The notes: generated from the sequence alone by a model not told the origin. 64,000 nucleotides of DNA from Salpingoeca rosetta (GCA_033442325.1 JAWQFM010000011.1:1587578-1651577); one strand, 5' to 3'. Counted from the stretch's first letter, positions 21,485 to 38,551 are shown. A program made the numbers and translations.

Positions 21485-23451
21485 ATGGATTCATTGTGGT
21501 CAGTTCTTTACGGTGCGCGCGCGCGCCACACGACGACGTTCTTCTCTTCTCATCTGCATGTGCGCGTGTTGTCGGCAAATTCCCATGCGGCACGCGCACG
21601 CTCCACATGTCCTCCTTTACGCATGCATGCTGCGGTTTCACTCGCGCATCGCACGCTCCACATGTCCTCCTTTACGCATGCATGCATGCTTCTGTTACTT
21701 GCCACAGGCCAACCAGCAGCGATTTCGCTTCTTGTGAGCCAATGGCAAATCCCATGAGCATGGTGAGCGAGCGGTTTGGCCATCGTGTTTGGTCGTTTGT
21801 TCGCCTGCGTTGACATGATGCCCTCACCACCAAACAAAAGGTCTTGCGCTGTTCTCTTGTGTGTGCATGCGCGCATATGTGGAATGCTCTTCGCGCCTCC
21901 ATGCCGCTTGTCTTCTTCCTTTTTTTTTGCACATACGCTGTCCCCTCGCTCCAGCGCGCACGCTATCCCACTGATTCACTCCCTCGCACACATTCACTAT
22001 CTCCTCTGCTTTTGGCATGCATTGCAACACATACTCTTATGCAGGACGCTGCGTTCCACCAGATGCAAGACCCGCACTTCACAGAAGACCAACATCACAA
22101 TCCTCTTTTGGGCTTGGACACCTTCCACGACATTTTCTGTGAGGATGCCTTCGACCTGTCCAGCCCTTTCCTCGACTTGGCATGCACTAAGTACCCGTCT
22201 CCTCTCCAAGACCAGCTCGACGAGCGCCGGCGCGAGTCTACCTCTTCCTTGTCGTCGTCGTCGTCATCATCATCATCCTCTTCTGCTTCCACCACACCCA
22301 GCTTGGGCGACGGCCCCACGCTTGGTGACGGCCCTCTGGATGACATGGACGTGTTGCAAGAGCTTGGCCTGCTCCCGACGCCTTTCCCACGGCCGCGTGC
22401 CATCTCAAGCCCCATCGTGCACGCCAGCGCCGCTCTCGACCACCTCCTTGCTGCTGGGCCCGACAACGAGGGCGATGGCTCCCACTGGCTCACAGCCACC
22501 TTGGAGAAGATTGCGCAGCAGGGCGCGTGCAAACCAACCCGGACGCTCGCCAAGCCCCTGCCCCACCTGCGATGCGACGAAACCCTGCCGCCACCGCTGC
22601 TGGTGCCGCGACCTGCGCAAGTCCTGCGACCTGCGCAAGTCCCGCGCCGCCAACAACAGCAGAGGCTGGGGCCCATCTCCACCGCCACGACGCCAACACC
22701 ACCCCTGCCATCTACTTCACCAAACTCAAGCACGCAGCCCTCGACGGTTTTTCCCACCCACGCAGCCCCTGCGGCAACAGCACCAGCAATGGCAGCGGCC
22801 GTGAGTCCACCACGGCTTTCGTCATCGTCATCATCGTCGTCGTCGTTGTCTGCTTCCTTCTCAACGTCCTCAGTGACTGCATGTGCGAGCGAGCGAACCA
22901 GATGGGGGACACACGCGGCCAACGACGTGGTTACAGCTGCCCCGCCGTGCGAGGATGGCCAGCAGGGCAGGGCCCAGCGGGAAGAGGCGCTTATGCGCTA
23001 CCACCGCTTGAGGCAGGAGGTGTTGGCGCAGCTATGCAACCGCCCGCGCAACGTTGCAAACGTCATCATCACAAGCAACGTGCCACCGCTCTTGTCGCAG
23101 CAGCAGCGAGCGAAGCTGCGACTGTGCTCTGCAGCCGGCACCACCTCCACAACGGGCGGGCCTTCTGCGCCTGCGCTTGCATTGGGCCAGCCACACCACC
23201 AGCATCGTGGTGCTGGTGCATTCGGGGGCAACGGCAACAGGAGGCGACGACGCAGTTCCGCTGCACAGGGCAGCAGCCGGACGAGGAGGGGGAGGAGGGG
23301 AAGGAGCCGCACCAGCAGGGGTGATGACGAGGATGCTGAGGGTGATGGCGAGGAGGAAGATGCTGCGGCGTTTCCGTTTCCCGGGCGGGCCAGCAGCGGG
23401 CGCAGTCAGCGCGGCAGGCAGTACAAACTCGCTCGTCGCTTCCTGCCCTGA
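21485..23451 (+). CDS. Hypothetical Ser/Pro-rich, largely disordered protein with a basic C-terminus (3 exons)
   Basis: caccATGg start. MDSLW|PTSSDFASCEPMANPMSM|DAAFHQMQ... splice phases agree, and a 1.4-kb terminal exon is open to 23451. Confidence 0.65.
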
Positions 23452-23791
23452 TCCCTTGATCCTGATGTGTGCTGTGAGAGGGGAGGGTGCGTTTGTGTAC
23501 TGGTGGATGGGTGAGGGGGGGGGGGTGGAAGCGGGAGATGGGGGCTGATGGCTTGTTTGCTTGATGTCTTGTGCCTGAAGGTGGGAAGAGGAAGGTGCGA
23601 GTGAGTGATGGTGAAGGAGTGATGGTGATGGTGAGGGTGAAAGGATAGGATGAACGGGGTGCTGGGGAGTGGGGAAGTGGGAAGAGTGCTGAGGTGCTTG
23701 CAAGCTGCTCTGTAGCAGAGCATCAATAAACCCTCTCACGCCAACAACGCACACAAATCCCAGCAACAACAAAACCACAACAACGAGAAAG

Positions 23792-26082
<2,291 letters not shown>

Positions 26083-26523
26083 GGCGTATGGCGTTTTTTT
26101 ATGGTGTTGTGCAGAGTGAAAGGCGAATATTTTCGAGGTGTGAATGGGAGATGTGAGGCGGTGGTGGTTGCAATGACGAGGAGAAGTGCTGAATGTGTGT
26201 GTTTGTGCGGTGCATGTCTGCATGTGTGTGTGTGTGCATGTGTGTGTGTGGTGCTCGAATAGCCGTTAGCTTTGCTGGTCATAGCTCTTTCATTTGGGAA
26301 CATCAGATTGTGTACATTGATTTCATTGCTTGCTTGTGTTCATGCAACATTTGCGCACAACCATACGCACAAGGATATGGCAGTTCTTGGGTCAATCACC
26401 CAAAAGCCAGCAACCAGGCGTACCGCGCCTTTTCCTTCCACGCGAGGGGTGGCAGTGATCGTGTCCTCTCTCTCTCTCTCTATCTAAGTATTAAACCGAC
26501 ACCAACGACAGCGAGCCATCCTC

Positions 26524-26597
<74 letters not shown>

Positions 26598-26750
26598 ACA
26601 ATCCCCATCGATTGTCATCGCAACATGCATGCACAGCAAAGACTGTGTGTTTACTGATTGTGCACGGTGAACCTCCACCTCAACGCGGGTGGTGTAATTT
26701 GAGTGAGCGCAAAGAGAACGGGGGAATGTGTGAGTATTGAAGGGCGCACG

Positions 26751-27028
26751 TTACACTAGCACGCTCTTGATGCAGTTTGCACAGAACACGCCTGGGCTGC
26801 CGGCGTCGGGAGATTCGCTGATGACCTGTTGGTGGTGGTGGTGGTGGTGATGGTCATGGTCAAGGCCGTGACGATGGTGGTGACGTGAGTAAGCGGGTTG
26901 AGGAGGGGTGGCGAAATGCTACATGGCACAACAGAGACACAGACGCCGAATCGGGAATGACGAGCAGAACCATGCGTGCACACACACACACACATAAAGA
27001 AAGACAGACAGAGACCTGGAGACAGTCG

Positions 27029-27083
<55 letters not shown>

Positions 27084-27464
27084 CCACGCACCTTGATGTT
27101 GAAGGTGATTGATGTGAGGCCTGCAGGGGGAGCAGGGAGGGTGAAGTGAACAATATCGGCCGGGAAGATGGCAATGTCGCCAGACGAGAGGGCGACACGG
27201 TGCTGCGATGACTTCCACCCCTGCGCAGGGCTCGCGTCCTTGGACATCAGGACCAGTGTGGTGCTGCACCGACGGTGAGTGTATGCGTGTGCGTGTGTGC
27301 GTGTGTGCGGTTGTGAGTGTTCGTGATGCGGAGGGCGCGCGAATGTTTCGGTGGTGCGTGAAGGTGAACAGGCAGCAGACACAGACACGGACACAGACAC
27401 GGACACAGACACACAGACACACAGACACACAGACGCAGACACACACACACACGTAGACACACAG

Positions 27465-27499
<35 letters not shown>

Positions 27500-28239
27500 C
27501 AGGTCCACATTCAGACACCATGGGCGGGCACCTTGCGTCGAGGACCAGCTTGCCTGTCCAGTGTGCACCAAAGTCGCCCGCGTGCTGTACAGGAAGCTCA
27601 AACCCGCCGTCCTCAAGCACCGTCGACCACATTTGCAGCAGCACGTTGACGCGGTTGCTGGTAGTCGAGCCTGGGTTATCGGCTTCGAGCACGGCCTTGA
27701 AGTGGGAAAGGACGGCTGCTTCCAACGCGCGAACGGTGTCATCACGCCACTCCAACATCTCATCGCTGACCCACCCGCGGATCACGTCCTCATCGTCATT
27801 ATCATCGTCATTATCATCCGTGTCAGAAGAAGAAGCGTCCGCCTGTGTATGCATCATGCGATTAGACGTGGTGTACATGGGATTGTGTGGGTGGTAGGCG
27901 TGGAATTGGGAGTGGGGCATCGGAGTGAGTGTGCGCAGTGAACACATTCAAGGCCGGAACAAGGATTGGACGCATACTCGCACGCACACATACATACACG
28001 CACATACATGCACACACACACACATTTGCGTACCTTGTGGTGTGTGTGGACTGCACCCAACACGGCAGGGAGCACGTCGGCTTTGTCCAAGTCAAACTCG
28101 GCGGTGTAGATTGTGGTCGGCCATAGGAGTCTGTGAGTTGGAGGCCGTACAGTGAGTTAAAGCAAGCGGTCTGCAGAGATGGAGGGAGGGGGGCGACAGA
28201 GACGGCCGTGTCTGCGCATTGGAGAGAGAAAGACACACA

Positions 28240-28315
<76 letters not shown>

Positions 28316-28743
28316 CATGTGATGTCCATACACATGCACACACACACACACACACACATGCACGTACGTAAAGCGACCGAGCTGGGTGGCGTCGGAGGTG
28401 ACTGAGACTTGGGGCTCCTCGTCGCTGTTATCCATGCCATAGGCAGAGAGGCCATCACGCAAGGCGCTGCAGCTGGCACCAGCACCTGTTGTGCCGGGCT
28501 CTCTGCCCTGTTGATCCTCAATCTCCACATCAATCGAGGATCCTTTGTCGATGTCCAGGCTGGCACCATAGTTCCGCAGCACTGTCGACCAGCCAGAGAT
28601 CGTAATCAAGTGAGACAGAGGGGGAGAGAGAGGTGGGCAGGAGCAAACAGACAGACACACACACACAGACAGACACACACACACAGACAGACAGACACAC
28701 ATGCACGCAGACACACACACACACAGACACACACAGACACACA

Positions 28744-28790
<47 letters not shown>

Positions 28791-29104
28791 CACAGGTATT
28801 CATGTGAGCAGCTGCAAGCAGTGGGGCAGCACGCATGATCCAAGTCCAAGTACATCAACTGCTCTGCATAACATCAAGCGATGATGTCCTTCACAGCACC
28901 AGCACAACCATCCCTCCCCTCCTCCTCCTCCTCCTCCAAGCACACACCTGACTGCATGCCGTCTGCATAGCCGTCATTGTATGCTCGCTTGATGTCTGCG
29001 TCCGTGTACTTGGTGCCGCTGCTGCCTTGCAGCGAGCAGCCCAGCACCAAGCATGCCAAGAGCACACCAGCGAGGGAGGATCTCTTCGGCATCACCACCA
29101 CCAT
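26751..29104 (-). CDS. Secreted protein with a degenerate putative 2OG-Fe(II) oxygenase domain (TIGR02466/2OG-FeII_Oxy_5-like), 6 exons
   Basis: Signal-peptide-like [23 protein letters not shown], then [56 protein letters not shown]. This follows the family motif order LFPTP / GWQS / W.N....G....HxH / G.L.LFPSWL.H.V.P / RISISFN. Confidence 0.65.
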
Positions 29105-29530
29105 CGTTCGGTCTTGCGTAGTTGCCGGCGTTGCCAGTGAACAGAAAAATAATTCGCTCCTCTTTGGCGATGGTGGCGTTGTCATCCAGTTCACACCCAC
29201 ACCCACACACACACATACACCCCCCCCCCCCACACACACACATACAGACATGTGGCTTGTGAATCTTCTACTCTTCTGGAGGAAAGAAGGCAACAAAGGA
29301 AGGCAACGGCGTGGATATGGCAGGTAACAGAAGCCGTCAAAGCAGGCTATGGGAACCAAGAACAGTATGATAAGGTGCATGCATACACCGTAACAAGCCG
29401 TGGAAGCAAACGTCGTAAGGAAGGCAGTCGAACACACGCGTACACACACCGATACACACACAGACAGACACACATACACACAGCACCATTTATGACTGAG
29501 AGCAGGCAGTGGCGATGACGCAGAGCACAA

Positions 29531-31204
29531 CTAGAACTTCCACGCCTGCCGCATCATCAGGTCAAAGTAGGCGTCGTCGTCGACGGACGCACTGACGCCT
29601 GCGTAGTAGTTGAGAAACTCCTCATATGTGACCACCCCATCCACCACGCCCTTCTGCTCAAATGTTTTGAGAAACTCATTCAGGCACTGCTCCTTTGTCC
29701 ACTCGCCATTCATGTACTTGGGATGGTTGTCCACACGGTACACCCTGCAATGGCGAACAATGCAAAGAGGGCAAGTGTGTGGAGGTGAGTGTAGGTGAGT
29801 GTAGGTGAGTGTAGGTGAGTGTAGGTGAGTGTAGGTGAGTGTGGGTGGGTGACAAGGTGAGCAGGGCATTGCTGTAGTCGCTTGGTATGGGGCGACAAAA
29901 GGAGAAGGGTGCACACGGCAGCAAAATGAGATAGCAGAAGAAGCGACTTGAGCTGCCAAGTGTGTCAACGGAAAAGGGGGGCAGTTGTGGTGGTACGTAG
30001 CCAAGCACAGACAAGCGCAGCCACACGTGCAAGTGCAGGTGCACGCACTGTTCCAAGTCCTCAGCTGTGATGTTGCCATCGTTGTTCTTGTCAAACAAGG
30101 AAAATGCCTGCCGAATTAACTTCTTTCGTCGGGAGGACATTGGTGGCTGCAGCAACAAACAAGGCATGCATGCACATGGCACATCGCGAACGAGTGAGAA
30201 GCGCACTGCAAGTACTGCACATATTCGCTGAGGAAGCTGGCGCTCACGGCGGGGGTGCTGGTGCTGATGATGGTGGTGTTGTCATGTAGCTGGCACACGC
30301 GTCAGCGACGCGGCTGCGCACACATGCACGAAAATATACGGTTACGTTATGTCGTACTCTGAGCGCTTGAAGAAACTCCTCAAAATCCACGTTCCCATCG
30401 CCGTTGGCATCAAACCGGTCGAAGCAATCATGGTATTCCTGTTGTGGGCACATCAGCAGATGGAGGAAGCAGGACAGATGCATGGCACAGGTGGAAGCAG
30501 TCAGGTGGAGAAGACGTGGTTCGGAGCGCGCGCGAACACACACACACACACTCTCTCTCTCACACACACATACATCACACATATCGCACACACACATGCA
30601 CACATACATCACGCATATCGCACAGGCGCCCACAAAATGTCAATACACAACCAAAGCATACCTCCTCGTCGTCGAGGTGCACACCGAAATCGTGGAGGCC
30701 TTTCTTGAACTCGTCAAAGTCGAGCTTCTTGTTGCCGTTGTCGTCCATGATGCGGAAGATGCGGCCAAGCCCCGAGATGCCACCGGCACCACGCTCCAAA
30801 CACCGGTACCTCAGCTTCTCAATGGGATCCTTGAAAGGGCATGGCAGCACGTGCGTGCGTGATGTTAGCTTGGCAGCGCATCGTGCTGCAGAGCTGAGAA
30901 GACAGACACACAGACACACAAAAAGGCAGGCAGGCAGACAGACACACAGACACACAGACAGACACACAGACAGACGCACAGAAACAGACAGATAGACACA
31001 CACACACATACACACAGACAGGCAGACAGGCAAGCAGGCAGACACACAGACACACAGACAGACACACAGACACAGACAGACAGACAAACAGACAGACACA
31101 CACACACATACACACAGACAGACATACACACACACCGTTGCTTGGTCTGCTTTGAGTTTTGCATCGCGCTTGAGGGTAGACTCGCCACGCTGAGTAAACG
31201 CCAT
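29531..31204 (-). CDS. CAPSL: Calcyphosin-like EF-hand protein, 5 exons
   Basis: [45 protein letters not shown]; [15 protein letters not shown]; [10 protein letters not shown]; [30 protein letters not shown]. Confidence 0.95.
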
Positions 31205-31436
31205 AGTGTCTGTTGTGGTTGGTTCCCTGTCAAGAAGAAGGCCTTGTGCGCGTGTGGTTTGCGTCGTGCGCCGAAAGGTCAGAGGAACAAGGTCTTGTCG
31301 TTGTCGTGGGTGGTGTGTTTGTTTGGTGCCGTTGCTGTGCAGGAACCGGAAATTTCAATTTCGTGTCGATTATCCATGAAAAACATTCACAAATCGCCAA
31401 CAGTCACACAAACACAAACAAATAGCACACACGAAG

Positions 31437-32621
31437 ATGATGGAAGGCTGGGTGGCAGTGCTTGTACTGCATGTGGTGTGTGCTGCGCTGTATGTGGGGT
31501 TGCCGTGCAAGGAGACGCCAGGGTATGTGTGTGACCGGGATGGAAAGCCTTTCATGTACAAGCTCAACGGGCTGCGTGTGCTGGTGATCGTCGTCGCATC
31601 GTTCCTGCTGGCTGCCCGACTGGGCCTTGTGTCGCCAGCTTTCTTCGTGGACGAGTTCTGGAGCGTCGCTGTTGCTTCCAACGTGCTGGGGCTTCTTGCA
31701 TCGGTGCTGGCGCTGGTGCTTGGCCTCCAGCTCTCACCACAAGAGAGGGAAAGCCACCGCCGCCGCACCTTCACCGTCGACCAGTTCAAGCCACGTGGCG
31801 CGACACCTGGGTCCTCTTCGCGGTCCCACGGTCACCCGTCCTCGCCCATCACGTCGCGACACACGGCCACTGGCACTGGCGCTGGCACTGGCACTGGCAC
31901 TGGCACTGACACGGCACCAGAGGGCCAGCACGGCCTCGCCAAGGTCCTGACCGACTTCTTCTCGGGCGTGCAGTTCAATCCACGCACGTTTGGCCTTGAC
32001 TGGAAGATGTACTCGTACGTGTACGGCGCCGTGCTGCTGGAGCTGGTGCTGCTCAGCGCAACCTCCGCGCACATGCGCGCAACCGGGGACGGCCATGTGC
32101 AAGTGGCCATGGCCGCATACGTAGGCCTGTTCTCTTGGTTTGTTGCCGAGTACCTGTACTTTGAGCATGTGCACCTGTACACGTACGACCTGTTTGCGGA
32201 GCGGCTGGGATTCAAGCTCGTGTGGGGGTGCTGGGCCTTGTATCCGCTCTTCTACCCCATTGGCGTGTGGCCCCTCATCACGCCGCCCACTGCAGACGCA
32301 GACTTGTCGGTGCTGCAAGCGGCTGGCGTTGTGGCTCTGTTCTTCTTTGGATGGGTGTTGACGCGTGGCGCCAACCTGCAGAAGTACACGTTCAAAGTGG
32401 ACCCACAGCAGCCGTTCCTCGGTGTCATCCAGCCCCACACCATCAGCGACACGCGAATCCTGTACTCTGGGTTTTGGGGCCTTGCGCGCCACATCAACTA
32501 TCTTGGGGAGATCCTGCAAAGCGTTGCGCTTGCGCTGCCTGGGTGGCTGCTGACGGGCAGTTGGCTGCCTTGGCTGTATCCGCTGTACTACGTGCTTCTC
32601 CTCGTTCCGCGTCAGTGGGAG
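31437..32621 (+). CDS. ERG4/ERG24-family sterol reductase (Delta14-reductase/TM7SF2-like); last exon lost in gap
   Basis: Multi-TM ORF with YKLNG, FFSGVQFNPR, YDLFAERLGFKLVWG, RGANLQKYTFK, SGFWGLARHINYLGE, LPWLYPLYY; splice donor at 32622. Confidence 0.88.
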
Positions 32622-32635
32622 GTGAGGCGGTCGCG

Positions 32636-32726
<91 letters not shown>

Positions 32727-32737
32727 GTTGTTGTGTG

Positions 32738-33095
32738 NNNNNNNNNNNNNNNNNNNNNNNNNNNNNNNNNNNNNNNNNNNNNNNNNNNNNNNNNNNNNNN
32801 NNNNNNNNNNNNNNNNNNNNNNNNNNNNNNNNNNNNNNNNNNNNNNNNNNNNNNNNNNNNNNNNNNNNNNNNNNNNNNNNNNNNNNNNNNNNNNNNNNNN
32901 NNNNNNNNNNNNNNNNNNNNNNNNNNNNNNNNNNNNNNNNNNNNNNNNNNNNNNNNNNNNNNNNNNNNNNNNNNNNNNNNNNNNNNNNNNNNNNNNNNNN
33001 NNNNNNNNNNNNNNNNNNNNNNNNNNNNNNNNNNNNNNNNNNNNNNNNNNNNNNNNNNNNNNNNNNNNNNNNNNNNNNNNNNNNNNNNNNNNNNN
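32738..33095. other. Assembly gap (358 N)
   Basis: N run. Confidence 1.
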
Positions 33096-33165
33096 CGCTG
33101 ACATCTCGCTCCTCACCCGGCTTCCATTGTTACTCGCCCTTGCCTTGCTTGCACTGCTTGTGTAG

Positions 33166-34787
<1,622 letters not shown>

Positions 34788-35240
34788 TCAGCGCTCGCGC
34801 GTTTGTAGTGCCCCGCGCCTCTTGTACATACCTTGCCCTCTCCACCTTACTCGTGGTTTGTACATGAACGTTGAACGTTCAACGATATAGCATGACGTTG
34901 CCTTCATAGGATGATACTGTGCGGTTGAATTGGGGGTGTGACATGTCACGGCACAAAGCAACAACACAAAGGAAATTCTACACGCGGGGTGTCACAAATG
35001 TACACGACACTGGGGTTGCGGGTGCATGTGAAGCACAAGTGGGAACAACAACACACAACAGCAACAAAGAGACAACGGCTGGCGGGGCTGTGCACCCTCG
35101 GCCAATAGGCTGTTGCTAAGTTTGGTGTTGGGCACGAAAGCGTGTACTATGACGTGCATGCAGCAGCAGCAGCGGCACAAGACGTGCCACCCCCGCACGC
35201 ACACACACACACGCACACACACACACACACACACGAGCGT

Positions 35241-36190
35241 TTACTCGGACGTCTCCTCCTGGTAGACGATGAAGCCCGGGACGATGGCAGTGAGGGCGCT
35301 GACGGTGCAGAGAACCATGCCTGCGCGGGCGGCGTCGCGGGCACTGCCGGTCACAGAGCCGGAGATGGTCAGACCGCTGGAGAGGGCGAAGATGGAGAAG
35401 AAGCCGAGGTAGGCAAGGAGGAAGCCGGCAACGCCCTTGTGGGAGCCGAGGGTGGTGATGACGGCAGCGAACATGCCAACAAGGACGGCGCCAGTGTACG
35501 TGTAGGTGCCGGTGTTCGTGGGGTCCTCTGCAGGAAGGCACGAAGTCAACGAGGGCAGGATGTGTCAGTGAGGAGGCAGGCACTCACACTAAGCAGGCAC
35601 AAGCAGAGCACAAGCAGAGCACACACACACACACACACACACACGCGCGCGCGCGCACACACACACACAGTGGACGCACTCAGGTCGTCGTGGGCCCAGA
35701 AGATGATGACGCCGATGAAGCCAGTGACAAGGGAGACGGCGGTGGCAGCAAGCTTGATAATCTTGCCGCTGTCAGTGATGTTCATGCGGGCAGAGGCGCT
35801 GACAAGGCTGAGAACCATGCCAGAAATGGCCAGCAGACCGCCAGAGAAGGCCTGGGGGGAAAGCTGATCGCGGAGCTGTAGCAGGAGGAGGTAGGCGCGC
35901 ATGAAGTGTGATGCGAGACGTGAGTGAGATCTCGTTTGAAGTGAAAGGATATGATGGTCAAAATGGTGAAGAAGTCATCGCATGCACCTCCACGTGCACA
36001 ACGACAGGGCGGAGCAGCAGCAGTGCGGGCAGCGGCGATGCGAGCGAAGCACAGTGCAGGAGTGGTGCAGGCCTTTGGGGCACGTACGAGGTTGAGGACG
36101 GAGAAAGCGGTGGGGATGCCGGCAGGATTGCCGTTGCCAGTGAAGAAGCTGGCAAAGATAGCGTAGGCGGCGATGATCATGGCGTTGTGC
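35241..36190 (-). CDS. Unknown ~8-TM membrane protein, B-type copy, 3' part (5' end in gap)
   Basis: Exons ..HNAMIIAAYAIFASFFTG..NL|LRDQLSPQAFSGGLLAISGM..WAHDDL|EDPTNTG..FIVYQEETSE*; nearly identical to 38552-39346. Confidence 0.75.
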
Positions 36191-36290
36191 NNNNNNNNNN
36201 NNNNNNNNNNNNNNNNNNNNNNNNNNNNNNNNNNNNNNNNNNNNNNNNNNNNNNNNNNNNNNNNNNNNNNNNNNNNNNNNNNNNNNNNNN
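36191..36290. other. Assembly gap (100 N, size unknown)
   Basis: N run inside the duplicated family. Confidence 1.
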
Positions 36291-36966
36291 GCAAGCTTGA
36301 TAATCTTGCCGCTGTCAGTGATGTTCATGCGGGCAGAGGCGCTGACAAGGCTAACGAGCATGCCGCAGATGGCGAACAGACCGCCAGCAAACAGCTTGTC
36401 GTTGTCGGAGCTGTTGAGGTCAAGCCGGTCCCGCAACTGTCTCAGGAAGAGGTAGGCGCGCATGAAGTGTGGGGGCATGGGTGAGATGGAAGGCTTGAAG
36501 AAGACGTCGCGCGCAAAGGATGAAGCAGGAATCACAGGGAAAGTAAGGTACCTCCCCGCGTACGACAGCAAGACGCGGGGACAACAGCAGTGCGGGCAGC
36601 GGCGATGCGAGTGATACACAGCGCAGGAGTGGTGCAGGCCTTTGGGGCACGTACAAGGTTGAGGATGGCGAAGGCGGTGGGGACGCTGCCGGGGTTGCTG
36701 GTGCCGGTGAAGTAGCTGGCGAAGATGGCATAGGCGGCGATGATCATGGCGTTGTGCTTGGCGGCGGCGTCAAACTTGATGACAGCGAAGATGCAAAGAA
36801 CACCAAGCAGCCACAGCGCGAAGATGTAGTAGTTGACGGCGGCCTCTGAGTCCATGGGGAGTCCCAGGTCCGAGAACACGTTCCACATCAGGCAGGAGCC
36901 AATGAACATGAAAGCAAAGCCAATCACAGCGCCAATCAGGCGCGGCATCTGAACACCGTCGAGCAT
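36291..36966 (-). CDS. Unknown ~8-TM membrane protein, paralogue A, 5' part
   Basis: MLDGVQMPRLIGAVIGFAFMFIGSCLMW...AILNL|LRDRLDLNSSDNDKLFAGGLFAICGM...KIIKL, then gap. Confidence 0.75.
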
Positions 36967-37310
36967 CTTGAGGGAGGAGGCGAGAGAAGGTGGGGAGACA
37001 AGAAGGTGGCAGCGAATAAGCTGTCGAAGACAAGAGGGAAATGGCGTGATGAATGTATGTCAGCACGCGTGCATGTGCGTGTGCTGAGTTGTTGTGTTGT
37101 GCACCAGCTGCGTGTTGTTTTGTGGCTTCTTTGCTTGTGTTGCTTGGGGCAACAGAAGGCACGAGAAGAAAGAAAATTCGCCGGCCTGTAACCAAAGCGG
37201 TGCCGCGAAATTCGAAGAGTGGTGATGACATGTGGCTGCTGACAGTGCTTGTTCTTCTTGCCTTCTTGCTTGTTGTTGTTGGACGTGAACGCAGTGCGTG
37301 CATGCATGCT

Positions 37311-38147
37311 GTGCGTGTGTGCAAGAAGGTGCGACAAACTCAAGGGGAGGCGGTGCCGTGTTGGCCTTACCTTGCACGAAGGGCACGCTCGCCCTCGCTA
37401 GCGTGCCCTTTGGACGGCGGGTTGGACAGTGCAACTTGCAGCTGGCGGCCTGTGGCAGCGGTGACAATAGTGGTGGTCATGATGATGATACACACAGACA
37501 CGGGCGGGGGGAGCGACAGCAGACATGCACAAACGCAGGGAGAGGGAGGTGTGCGAACGCCAAACGCATGTGCAGATACACACACACACACATGTCCACA
37601 CGCATACCTTTGAACTCTGCCTTGTCAAGGTTCATGATGGCTGTGGCGGCGTCACGGCTCGCTTCAAACTGCAAAATGAGGCCGCGAGCACTGCACATAG
37701 ACACGACACACGCGCGGTGTTGATGCCACTGGCGATGCGCTCAAAGTGGAAGAAGGGCAGCCAAGTCGCAAGCTGGCGTGGTGGTGGTGAAATTTGGAAG
37801 GGGTCGTGTTGGGAAGAAGAAGGAGAATCAGTACGGCGAACTTGTATCTGTCTGTGTGTGTGTGTCTGTGTGCCTGTGTGTTTGTGACATCAACACCTTC
37901 AACGCACGGACACACATAGAGTCACACAGGTTCCCAGACAACGCCCGGCCCCTCCTCATCGCATGATGGGAGCACCTGCTTGCCGAATGAACCCGTGCGC
38001 ACGAGGTCCTCCATGACTTCGCGTGCGCGCGTCAGATTGTCAAAGCGAAGCGCCTCTGTCTTCGCCTGGTGGGGTGGATGTGAGGGGAGGGATGGGGTGA
38101 GTGCGGTCGGAACAATGAGGCATGGCATGAATGGCATGGTCACATCA
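37311..38147 (-). pseudogene. Rearranged duplicate fragment of SART3 3' exons
   Basis: 37311-37690 matches 40501-40980 with deletions, and 37700-38147 is nearly identical to 43810-44247. There is no start, and ~2.8 kb is deleted internally. Confidence 0.85.
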
Positions 38148-38551
38148 TGTGTGAAATGTCATGACGTGACGTTGTCTTCATAGGAATGATACTGTGCGCT
38201 TGATGCAGCTTTGCCTGTATTGGGGGTGTGACATGTCACGACACAAGGCAACAACATGAAGGAAATTCTACACGCGCGGTCTACATACATGGAAACACGC
38301 AAACGCACAAATGTACATGACACGGGGGTTGCGGATGCATGTGTCGCACAAGTGGGAACAACAACACACAACAGCAACAAAGAGACAACGGCTGGCGGGG
38401 CTGTGCACCCTCGGCCAATAGGCTGTTGCTAAGTTTGGTGTTGGGCACGAAAGCGTGTACTATGACGTGCATGCAGCAGCAGCAGCGGCACAAGACGTGC
38501 CACCCCCGCACGCACACACACACACGCACACACACACACACACACGAGCGT

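Noticed and set aside
21597-21685. 34-bp direct repeat (CACGCTCCACATGTCCTCCTTTACGCATGCATGC) twice with a short spacer
   Set aside because: Only two copies, inside a predicted intron; a local duplication, not a CRISPR array or element end.
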